Source: Hormiphora californensis
Taxonomy: Eukaryota; Animalia; Ctenophora
NCBI GenBank assembly: GCA_020137815.1
Contig: WFME01000018.1
Span: forward strand, 1 to 30,528
DNA: 30,528 bases
Direction of reading: 5' to 3'
This document shows, one piece after another, positions 19,602 through 30,500 of this stretch (position 1 is its first letter; the number at the start of each line of letters is the position of its first letter). The position numbers and the translations under genes are program-made. Under the pieces are notes generated by a model. It was not told where the DNA came from. It worked only from the letters and a program-made list of their open reading frames with translations, and did not search any database.

Positions 19602-21815
19602 TGTGGGGTCCCTGCCGTCCCCGACTACACCATTTTGGTCAAAGGTATTGTTTCCATTCGACATGCTCCCACTAAATATATACAGTTACCATTTTGGTGA
19701 GAGTGTATTTAGAAGTGTGAGTGAGGTGAGTGGTGATGTGTCTCAGTTTTGTTCTAGAAAGCTACTATCAAAACACAAGATATACCAAAGTGGTAAATAA
19801 TTTTTGTATTGTAATTCTGAGACACTCCGGGTTCCTTCTGCCGCTATTTATACCTGCGCAGACTGGCGTTACAACACGTGAGAAGGGGCTTGCAACTCCG
19901 TCACTTGGCGTCGTGGTCCCCTATCGGCTTATCACATCTTTCTTCGTCTTCTTCGTAGAGGCTGTCTCTGCTTATCACTATCATTGCAGGTGTGCGGTGA
20001 AGGAAACTTGCTCCGTATAATTTCTCCATTCTTCTTCTTGATTAGGTTTTTTGCATGGGCCGAACAGTCTCACTTATCTCCGAAATCTGGAACTCTTAAA
20101 TAAGTGAAATAACACCACAGGGCTTGTGGAGCTCCTCTGCAAAAACCGTTATCGGTGGTCCTTAACCGAATTACCAAACTCGGAGCATGTCCGAACATAC
20201 GGTTACATTATGGGCGTGCTCCCTACCTTAATATGAGCCATGGTAATTTGCCCATTCACATAAATACAACCAGGGTTTTGGCAATTTCTGATTTGCCGCA
20301 TACGGCGTCTAGACGGCGTCGCAACGCCGTCTAGACGGCGTCTAGACGGTATACCGTCTGGACGGGTTTCGGTGAAATCACTAAAAACGGTACCGAAATT
20401 GCTTAGACGGGTTATAGACGGTATCAGACGGTCTCTAACGGTTTTAGACGGTATCAGACGGTGCTGCGACGGTATCAGAGACGTCTCTAGACGGTGTCTA
20501 GACGGTACCGTCCCGGCGTCTGACGGCGTCTGGACGTGTCTAGACGGTATCCGTCCGAAGTTAGACGGCACGTCTGAAAATGGTACCAGACGTTGAGACG
20601 GACTTTAGCACTCCGTCTGTTTCAGACGGAGTTTTAAAGTCCGTCTCAACGCAGTCTAAGGAAAATCGATGAAAGTACCGTCTAGACAACGTCTCAACTG
20701 AAACGGTCAACCATCCGTCTAAACAACGTCTAGACAACGTCTAAACAGAATCTCGCGATTCAGTTTCAATACCGTCTAGACAACTTCTCCAGCAATTTCG
20801 ATAATAACCGTCTAAACAACGTCTAGACAACGTCCAAATAATGATGTCTAGACTCGACCGTTTCGAAGACCATTCTGGATTACCCATGCCAGTTGGAATT
20901 AGTGGTAGATGTGTGCCTAGTTTAACCAGCACAGTCGTACCGCGATGCTCGGGGACGGGAAAGGGGTTATCCTCCCGGTAATTTTCGTACCCACTTCTTA
21001 CATTCAACCAAACTGTTTTGGTATCCTCCACATTCACTCTTACATCCAGCTATCGCGTTGTAATACACTGTGAGATATCTGTCTATGGCTGATACTATCA
21101 GTGATAGATAGTGTCTGTTATGAGACGTTGTTTAGACGGTATCTGTATCGGATTCGCTTAAGACGTTTCTAGACGTTGTTTAGACGGTATTGTATCGAAA
21201 TTGCTGGAGAAGTTGTCTAGACGGTATTTGAAACTGAATCGCGAGATTCTGTTTAGACGTTGTCTAGACGTTGTTTAGACGGTATGTTGACCGTTTCAGT
21301 TGAGACGTTGTCTAGACGGTACTTTCATCGATTTCCTTTAGACTGCGTTGAGACGTACTTTTAAACTCCGTCTGAATACAGACGGATTCTAAAATCCGTC
21401 TCAACGTCTGGTACAATTTTCAGACGTGCCGTCTCAACTTCGGACGGATACCGTCTAGACACCGTCCAGACGCGCGTCCAGACGCCGGGACGGTACCGTC
21501 TAGACACCGTCTAGAGACCGTCTGATACCGTCGCAACACGTCTGATACCGTCTATAACCCGTCTAGAGACCGTCTGATACCGTCTATAACCCGTCTCAAG
21601 CAATTTCGGTACAGTTTTTAGCTGATTTCACCGAAACCCGTCCAAACGGTATACCGTCTAGACGCCGTTGCGACGCCGTCTAGACGCCGTATGCGGCAAA
21701 TCAGAAATTGCCCAGGGTTTTTATATATATCACATTGCTCCAAGTGATAACTAAAACCCTGAATCTATAACATACTATCAACTATCATAGGGGGCACATA
21801 TCCAGTGACCCCGCA
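19602..21815. mobile_element. TG...CA-bounded insertion with 4-bp TSD (solo LTR or Ginger-like), ~770 bp after removing the nested foldback
   Basis: acta|tgtggggtccctg ... cagtgaccccgca|acta; empty site at ~24326-24345. Confidence 0.7.
20280..21712. mobile_element. Mutator-like foldback element rich in GTCTAGAC motifs
   Basis: GGCAATTTCTG...CAGAAATTGCC; 9-bp TSD cagggtttt (20271-20279, 21713-21721); ~550-bp inverted arms. Confidence 0.9.
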
Positions 21816-22589
21816 ACTATGTGTTGAGACACGCACAATGCGACAATGCGCCTCCATAGCCACGTAGGAATTGTTTAGAGACTTTTCATTGGTGCAATTT
21901 TGTAGGCAATGGCCAAGTTATGGGGGGTCGACGTCGGACTTTAAGCTCCATCTTCAACGCGTTTAGCCGTTATTTGGCTTTGAAGGTGCTACAAATTAGC
22001 AAAAAAAACGGTAAAAAGCCCACTTTATGGCGCCATACAGAGTGGCGCCACATAAATGTTGGCGCCATCCAGTATACGTTAGCGCCAATAAGGATGGCGG
22101 TGGCGGTAGTCAAACAGTGCCATATGTTGGCGTTACAAAATATTTTGAGTGGCGCCACTCCAGAAATCGGGTTTTTTGTTGGCGCCACAAGTTAGCGCCA
22201 AATTCAACAACTGGCGCCAAACTCCACCGCCATCTAAGTACCGCCAGAGCATGTATGGCGCCACTTCCGTGGTATGGCGCCACTCCCGACCGCCACATGG
22301 CGATTGCAACCGCCATGTGGCGATTGACTACGGCCATGGCGGGACTACCCCATGTTGGCGATTTTTTGGCGCCAAATGGCGCCACGTAGCGCCATGTGGC
22401 GATTGTAAATCGCCAAGTGTTGGCGGTATTTGGCGGTACCGCCACGTGGCGATGCGAATTTGTCTGAATAAAATGTGTCATCGCCAAGTGGCGCCAAATT
22501 GGCGCCATGTACTTTTCACTCTTGGGCGCCAAATTGGCGCCCTTGCGACTGGGAACATTCAGAGCGGAAATTAACCACCTCTTTGCGCA

Positions 22590-23460
22590 AATCTGGGTAG
22601 AAAGGCCCATGGCCCTTGAACACCGCCACGTGGCGGTTTTAACCGCCACGTGGCCCCTGGACGTGGCGTCAATTCTCAGGACGTGCGCCAATGAGCCTTT
22701 TTGGCGGTGTTCATGTGGCGTTAATAGTCGAAATTGGCGCTTCGAATTGGCGCTATTTTTCTATGGCCCCAGGGACGTGGGCGTTGGCCCCACGACGTGG
22801 CGTCAATTTTTGAGTGGCGGAGATGTCAAAATTTTTTGGCGCTTTCGGATGACGCCACACCCGAAAATTCGAATCGCCAGATTTTGTTTTTTGGCCTATC
22901 ATTTGGCGCTAATTTTTGGCGCTAATTTTTGGCGCCATGTAAATGGTGCCATATAAACTGATCCAGAAACCCCCTAGTGGCCCCTAGGGACCCCCAGGAG
23001 GCGCGTAAGTCACCTAAAAGCCCCCTAGGAAGGCTCCAAGAGACCCTAGAGGCCACTAGAGTCGATTAGGGTCCCTCAAAAGCCCAGAAAGATCGAATGC
23101 AGCCCCAGATGAGCACACAGGGCCCCCAAAAAGCCACTAGAGTTCTCTTAAACGCCCCAAGAGGACACCAGAGGTCCCTGAATGCCTGTAGAAGTCCCTA
23201 AAGACCCACAGAGGCATCAAGGATTGAACAGTTAAAAAAGAGCTGTGTTTATGTAAATATATCGCCTGTACGACTCAATTAGGCGCCATGTATGGCGCTA
23301 ATAATTACTTTGGCGCTTGATGTGGCGGAGTTATGTGGCGCCAATTATGTGGGCTCAATTATTAGCCACGCAACCACACGAAAATTCTAAAAACCACGTG
23401 GCGCTAAAATCGACTAAAAATCCATTGGCGCCATCCTCTCAAAAATTGACGCCACGTCGT
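22590..23460. repeat. GGCGCC-flanked module with a strand-skewed CCC/AG-rich core; inverted copy at 29341-30500
   Basis: e.g. aaaaaagagctgtgtttatgtaaatatatcgc (~23234) vs gcgatatatttacataaacacagctctttttt (~29702); 22700-22812 is also inverted at 23440-23548. Confidence 0.75.
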
Positions 23461-23550
23461 GGGGCCAACGCCACGTCCCTGGGGCCATAGAAAAATAGCG
23501 CCAATTCGAAGCGCCAATTTCGACTATTAACGCCACATGAACACCGCCAA

Positions 23551-26500
23551 AGGTAGTCCCGCCATGGCGGTAGTCAATCGCCACATGGCAAAATTTTGGC
23601 GCCAAACCGCCATATAGCGGTCGGGAGTGGCTCACACCCACGGAGTGGCGCCATACATGCTCGGCGGTTACTTGGATGGCGGTGGCGTGTGGCCCATTTG
23701 TTGAATATGGCAGCCAACTTAGGCGCTAACAAAAAAACCGATTTCTGGAGTGGCGCCACCACTGGAGTGGCGCCACATTTTAAAAACCTGGCGGTATGCA
23801 AGTGGTATATGTGTGGCGCCAACCGTTGTCGTGCGGGGTAGTCAACGGCGCCACACATTAGCGCCACATTAATGGCGCCACATGATAATGGGCGCACATG
23901 ATCATGTGGCGCCAATGGACATTGCCGAGAATGAGCCCTTCGTGAGCGCATTTTTGAAGTTGTCTGTGTCACCTACATAAGCCTGTCAAAACGTGTTTCG
24001 ACATAGAACTCACTAGCGGCAAGCCAATTCCGGTTGTAATTCTAGGTATAGGCCCCTGAACATAAAAAAAACCAAAATGTCAGTCTCAATTATTTGGGGG
24101 AAAGGTGTGTAATTAGCCCCTAATTTGGTAATTGAGCTAAGGAGAAAAAAACGCTGTATCTACCCTTAGGAAAGGAGTAGAGATAAAATTAAGGGCACCA
24201 AAGTGTTCAGCGTTCTCGAATTAGTGGGGGTAGGTGCTGAAATTAAGTCTCTATCTCATCCGGTTAATTAGATAATTGGAATTAGGTTTAAACTAACCGT
24301 TTAAGGCTATTATATGGCTATGGAGGTGAGACACGATGTTTGTTAGACGCGCAATGCGACAATGACACCTCCATAGCCCAGTAGGAATTGTTTGAGAGAC
24401 TTGTCATTGGTGCAATTTGTAGGCAATGGCCAAGTATGGGGGGTAGACGTGGGAACTTTTAAGCTCCATCTTCAACGTTTAGCCGTTTATTTGGCTTTTA
24501 AAGGTGCTCAAATTAGCAAAAAACGGTAAAAAGCCCACATTTATGGCGCCATACAAGAGTGGCGCCACATAATGTTGGCGCCATCCAGTATACGTTAGCG
24601 CCAATAAGGATGGCGGTGGCGGTAGTCAAACAGTGCCATATGTTGGCGTTACAAAATATTTTGAGTGCGCCACTTTTTTATGTGGCGACCACTCCTGTGG
24701 TGTGGCGCCACTCCAGAAATCGGTTTTTTTGTTGGCGCCACAAGTTACGCCAAATTCAACAATGGCGCCAAACTCCACCGCCATCTAATACCCGCTCCAA
24801 GAAGGGGTCATTTGACCCTAAGTGACAATTTTTGGCGCCAATTTCGATTTTTTGGCGCCAAAAACCTTATTGGCGCCAATATTATCGCCACTATAAAATA
24901 CCGGCGCCAAAACGCGATTTGGCCCGGTTTTTTTGGCGCCAAAGCTCTTTTGGCGCCGGCTTTTGGCGGTTCACTTGGGTGAACCTAAAAAATTGGCGCC
25001 AATTCTGAAATTGGCGCCACCCATCCTTGACCCAAGTTTTGGCGCCAACTGCCGAAAGTTGGCCAACTGTTGGTTGCCAATTTGTTGAATATTTAGGGTC
25101 ATAGATGGAAATTGGCGCCAATATTTTAGCGCCAACTTTAAAATTTCGGCTAACGAACCCTTGAGCGCTAGTTGTTAGCGCCACTTTTGGCGCCAATTTA
25201 TTAGCGCCAATTATTGGCGCCAAAAAAAACAAAACATTGGTCAGTTTCTGTCTGGTGCCGTGACCTCATCTGAGCGCACTGTCAGGATCTGTCAGAGCTG
25301 TCTGGCGCCGCCAGCTGGGCCCTTCAAACGTGGAGGAATGCCCTTTAACATTAGGTACTGGCTGTAATTTAGGTACATTACATTTCTGAAAATTAAGATA
25401 CGGAGTCGGGAGTGTCAAGTAACAAATCTTAGGGACAAGAAAACCTGTTGGTTGGACCCTGCATGTTAACGTTAGTCGAACCCCGTTGGCTGTACCTCCG
25501 TGATCTTAATCTCTATCTTTCTCTCTGTCCCCTCTCTGTCCCCTCTCTGTCCCCTCTCTGTCTCGCTTCTCTGTCTCTCTCGCCCCCTTTCTCTCAGCTC
25601 TTTATTCCCGCTCCCTCTTCTATCTCTCCTCTCCTCTCTCTCTTCACTCCATCTGCTTATCATGTCGGGCTGAAGAATATAAAGGTTTGCAGAGTGTGTA
25701 GGGATGGTTGCATAAGGATTGAGGAAGAGGTTCCCTTCAAATATATTGAATCAGGGTGATAAAGATTCGTAGAACGGAGCTGTGGATCGGGGGTACTTAT
25801 ACGTACGTAGTACGTACCTAGAAGTAGGAAAGCTTTGGCAATCAGGAACCCCAGTTTGTAATGGCAGGAACACCCAGAAACACTATACGCATCCAACAAC
25901 AATGCACGTGCAGTATTCACGCCGTTGACCTTGCCTACCCGCCATAACAACCACTTGATTCGCACGGGCAAAGTGGGTAATTGTTGCACGCTAGAGTGTG
26001 CATGCTTTAGGTTACTCCATCATCATCACCACTCCAAGATTTCTACGGACGGCAAATACAAACTTCATGTGGCGCCATAAATGGCGCCATAAATTGGCGC
26101 CAATTTCCATCATTTGGGCCAATATTTTGTTACGAAAGGTCACAGGATGAATATTGGCGCCAAAACTTGGCGCTATATTATTGGCCCAACGAGTTTCTGG
26201 CACCGATTTTATTACAAAAGGGGCACATAATGAATTATTGGCGCCAAAAACTTAGGGTCAAGGGCATGGGTGGTGGCGCCAATTTCAGAAGTTGGCGCCA
26301 ATTTTTTAGGGTTCACCCAAGTGAACCGCCAAAAGCCGGCGCCAAAAAAGAGCTTTGGCGCCAAAAAACCGCGCCAAATCGCGTTTGGCGCCGGTATTTT
26401 TTATTGCGATAATATTTGGCGCCAATAATGTTTTGGCGCAAAAAATCGAAAATTGGCGCCAAAATTGGTCACTAGGGTCATGACCCTTTTACCCCCCCGC

Positions 26501-26605
26501 CAGAGCATGTATGGCGCCATTCCGTGGTATGGCGCCCACCCCGACGCCACATGGCGATTGCAACCGACATGTGGCGATTGACTACCGCCATGGCGGGACT
26601 ACCCC
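23551..26605. mobile_element. GGCGCC-rich foldback family X, copy 2 (right arm interrupted by 24799-26494)
   Basis: Direct repeat of 18640-19600 + 21820-22350; the arm resumes at ccgccagagcatgtatggcgcc (~26497). Confidence 0.75.
24799..26494. mobile_element. GGCGCC-rich foldback family Y, copy 1
   Basis: gggtcatgaccc-type termini; arms 24810-25050 / 26237-26485; left end degenerate. Confidence 0.75.
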
Positions 26606-27257
26606 GCCAAAAGGTCTTCATTGGCGCCACGCCTGAGAATTGCTCCACTCCCTGGGCCACGTGGCGGTTTTAAACCGCCACTGAACGGTGTTTCAAGGGC
26701 CATGGCCTTCTACCCAATCTGGGCGCCAATTGCCGCTTGGCGTAGGCGCCAATTGGGCGCCAAGTGGCGCTGCTTAGCGCCAATTTAGCGCCAAATTGGG
26801 TAAACGGGTCATGACCCCTAATGACATGGTTATTGGCGCCAATTTACGATTTTTTGTTTTGGCGCCAAAAACCATATTGGCGCCAAAAATTATCGCCAAT
26901 AAAAATACTGGCGCCAAAAACCGCGATTGGCGCCGGTTTTTTTTTTGGCGCCAACGCTCTTTTTGGCGCCGGTTTTGGCGGTTCACTTGGGTGACCCCTA
27001 AAAAAATTGGCGCCAATTCTGAAATTGGCGCCACCCATCCTTACCCTAAGTTTTGGCGCCAACTCTGGCGAAAGTTGGCGCCAACTGTTGGCGCCAATTT
27101 GTTGAATATTTAGGGTCATAGGATGGAAAATTGGCGCCTAATTATTAGCGCCACTTTGAAATTTCGGCTAACTAACCTTGAGCGCTAGTTGTTAGCGCCA
27201 CTTTTTGGCGCAATGTATTAGCGCAATTATGGTGCAAAAATCAAAAACATTCAGTTT

Positions 27258-27336
27258 TGTCTGGCGCCGTGACCCCATCTGAGCGCACTTTCAGGATCTG
27301 TCAGAGCTGCAGTAGCTGTCTGGCGCCGCCAGACAG
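27258..27336. mobile_element. Mini-MITE related to 8415-8482
   Basis: tgtctggcgccgtgaccccatctgagcgcact ... gtctggcgccgccagacag; flanks ttcagttt / ctcagttt; equivalent truncated copy at 25248-25314. Confidence 0.75.
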
Positions 27337-27591
27337 CTCAGTTTGCAGATGCTGGCATTTGTGCGGATAACTTTCATTACCAGTGGTACACCACAATGTC
27401 TGACCCCAAAACTCGTCACACACCATCTTTTCCAGTTATAACCGGGCCCTTCAAACGTGGAGGAATGCATTTAACATTAGGTACTGGCTGTAATTAGGTA
27501 ACATTATTGAAAATTAAGATACGGAGTGTCAAGTAACAGATCTTAGGGATAAGAAAGCCTGTTGGTTGGACCCTGCATGTTAGACGTTAGT

Positions 27592-27945
27592 CAGGGGATT
27601 ACGGGGGCAGAAAAATATCCCGGACCAACCGCCCGTACCAGCAGCCCGTACTCTCTTTGCTCTCTTCCACTCACTAGCTGCATTCTGATGGCTGTAATAT
27701 GTTACAACATGTAAAATCCTGCCAGCGCCCAAGATGCACGTGCCAATGCGCCGCGCATTACTATCTTGCTCTCTCTCACTCACTAGCCTGCATTCTGATT
27801 GGCTGTTCATCTATCACTGTGCGCAGTCACAGGCTATCCCTGTGCACTGGTCTTATCAGGTGACCTTCATTATTGTGCAAGCAGATTTACGGGCTGCTGG
27901 TACGGGCGTCTGGTTGGGCATCTCATCCGCCCCCGTAATCCGCTC
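27592..27945. mobile_element. ggattacggg-terminus MITE, copy C (different interior)
   Basis: ttagt|caggggattacggggg ... ccccgtaatccgctc|ttagt; empty site acgttagtcgaacccc at ~25469-25484. Confidence 0.8.
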
Positions 27946-29340
27946 TTAGTCGAACCCGTTTGGCTACCTGTTGATCTTATATCTCTTCTGTTGGTCTTCT
28001 CCTTTTTGTCTCTCATTCCCCTCCTCGTACTCCTCCTTCTCCTCCCGGGGAGATTCTAGCGGGCTCGTGTTCATCGGTTCTCCCTTCGTATCTTCTGCGG
28101 CTATTTCATTTCCGGCCCTTGCCTGTTGGGTCTACTCGTTCTCTCCTTAGTCGAGACCTCGTCTGCCCGTTCAGCCTTCCGGTGATCATTTGCTCTTCTC
28201 TTCTATCTCATGGTCTCTCGTGTGTATGCTTTTCTCTCAGTAGTATCTCTTGTCTTCCTCTATGGCACTTATTCTCGTCTGCTTGTCTAGCTCTCTCTTT
28301 TTCCTCTTTTCTATTCTTCGTGCTCTCTCCTCTCGCTCTTGTCTACTTTGCTCGTCCGTTATCTCTCTTGCTCTCTTTCTCCTCTCTGTCTCTCTCCTCT
28401 TCTTCTCTCTCTCTTCTCGTCTCCTACCCATCTCTCATCTGTCGGGCTGAAGAATATACAGTTGGTAGATGGTAGGGCTGGTGTCAAGGATTGAGGCAGG
28501 TTCCCTTCAACACATATGAATCCGGAGATAAAGATTCGTAAGATGGAGCTGACGTGGCTACGTACTATAGGTAGACGAAAGCTTGGTTAATCAGGACCCC
28601 AGTTATAGATGGCAGGAACACCGAACCAGACCGCATCCAACAAATGCACGTGCGCAGATTCCGCCGTTGGACTTGCCTACTAGGCAATGCCTAACCGCGC
28701 CATAACACCCACTTGATTCGGCACGGGGCAACGCAAAGTGGGTAATTGTTGCACGCTAGTTTGCAACGCTTACAGGTATCTCCATCATCACTCACCACTC
28801 CAAACATTTCTACGTGATGGCACATACAAAACTTCATTGGCGCACATAAATTGGCGCCAATTTACAATCATTTGGGCCAATCATTTGTTAACGAAGGGCC
28901 ACAGGATGCATAATGCGCCAAAATATTGGCGCTATATATTGGCCGCGCAACGAGTTTCTTTTCTGCATTCTGATCCGTTTTTTACAAAAGGGGGCACATG
29001 ATGAATTATTGGCGCAAAAAACTTAGGTCAAGGATGGGTGGCGCCACATTTCAGAAATTGGCGCCAATTTTAGGGTCATCCACCAGTCGAACCGCCAAAA
29101 ACCGGCGCCAAAAAGAGCGTTGGGCGCCAAAAAAAACCAGGCGCCAAATCGACGTTTGGCGCCGTATTTTTTATTGGCGATTTTTTGGCGGCCAATAATG
29201 GTTTTTGGCGCAAAAAATCGAAATTGGTCGCCAAAAATTTGTCACCTCAGGGTCATGACCCTTTTAACCACCCCAAATTGGCGATTGGGATCGAATTGCG
29301 CTAATTTTTTTTTGGCCTCAGGACGTGGCGTCAATCTCAG

Positions 29341-30500
29341 GACGTGGCGTCAATTTTTGAGAGGATGGCGAAGCTAAGACGGTCCCTGTGACCCCCCAAC
29401 CTTTTAAACTTGTATATCGACTGACTTGAATGTGGGCAGTAGCGATCCAGCAATCTTGCCGGGGGGCTGCCAGTCCTCAGCCTTACCCAGCCGGAGATAG
29501 ATAGTAACAGTGAGCTGCTCAATGCGTGTGGTGTGTGTGGGTTTAGTCATGGATTTTTAGTCGATTTTAGTCGCCCACGTGGTTTTTTGATTTTCGGTGT
29601 GGCGTCCCACTAATTGACGTCGCCACATACTTGGCGCCACATAACTCCCCACATCAAAGCGGCAAAGTAATTATTTCCGTAACGCTAATTGAGTTCTACA
29701 TGCGATATATTTACATAAACACAGCTCTTTTTTAACCTGTTCACCTTTGGGTCCTCTTGTGGGCCTTTAGGTACTTCGACCGGGCATTCAGGGGGCCTCT
29801 GGTGTCCCTCTTGGGCGTTTTCAGGGGTACTCTGGAGAACTCTAATATTGGCTTTTTGGGGCCTTGTGTGCTCATCGGGGCTGCAATATCGATTTTTCTG
29901 GGCTTTTGGGGGACTCTATCGACTCTAAGTGGCCTCTTAGGGGCTCCTTGGAGCCTTGTAGGGGCCTTTTGGGTTACTCTAAACAACGGCTTCTGTGGGT
30001 CCTAGGGCACACTAGGGTTTCTGGTATCTTTTATATGGGCCAATTTACATGGCGCCAAAAATTAAGCGGCCAAAAATAGCGCCACTGATAGGGCCCAAAA
30101 CAGGTTTAAAACAGGTTGGCGTTTCGTTTTTTTCGGGTGTGGGCGTCCCCCCCCCAATCCGAGAGCGCCAAAAAATTTTGACATTTTCCGCCCTCAAAAT
30201 TTACCCAGTCCCTGGGGGACCAAAAGTCATTAGCGGCCAATTCGAAGTCGCCAATTTCATTTATTTAGCGCCACATAACACCGACAAAAAGTCTTGGCCA
30301 CATTGAGCCGAGTGAAGAAATCGAGGTCGCGCAGCGACCGAGATCGATCTCCATCTATTATTCGCGTAGGCGAGAATATGATGCGATGGATCCAACAAAA
30401 AGCCTCATTGACGGCCGACTTCCTGAATTGACGCCACTCCCGCCGTCACGTTGCGGTTAACCGCCACGTGGCGGTGTTCACGGCCGTGACCCTTTCTACC
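29341..30500. repeat. Diverged inverted copy of 22590-23460 with a ~180-bp insertion at 29371-29548
   Basis: Collinear reverse-complement match by inspection. Confidence 0.7.

Larger units (their letters stand above)
18530..22400. mobile_element. GGCGCC-rich foldback element family X, copy 1 (with nested 19602-21815)
   Basis: 18640-18845 is inverted relative to 22149-22350; the unique core (19020-19600 + 21820-22025) is repeated at 23915-24540; outer boundaries unresolved. Confidence 0.7.
26798..29270. mobile_element. GGCGCC-rich foldback family Y, copy 2 (Mutator-like)
   Basis: gggtaaacgggtcatgaccc ... gggtcatgacccttttaacca; candidate 9-bp TSD cgccaaatt / ccccaaatt; core homologous to 25240-26230. 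Confidence 0.75.

Noticed and set aside
25669-25720. Hammerhead ribozyme at ctgaaga (also ~28447)
   Set aside because: No stem II followed by GAAA downstream
18433-30306. Many WRH/MAP/GAN-rich ORFs on both strands
   Set aside because: They are translations of the stop-poor palindromic TGGCGCCA repeat; frames are not conserved between copies
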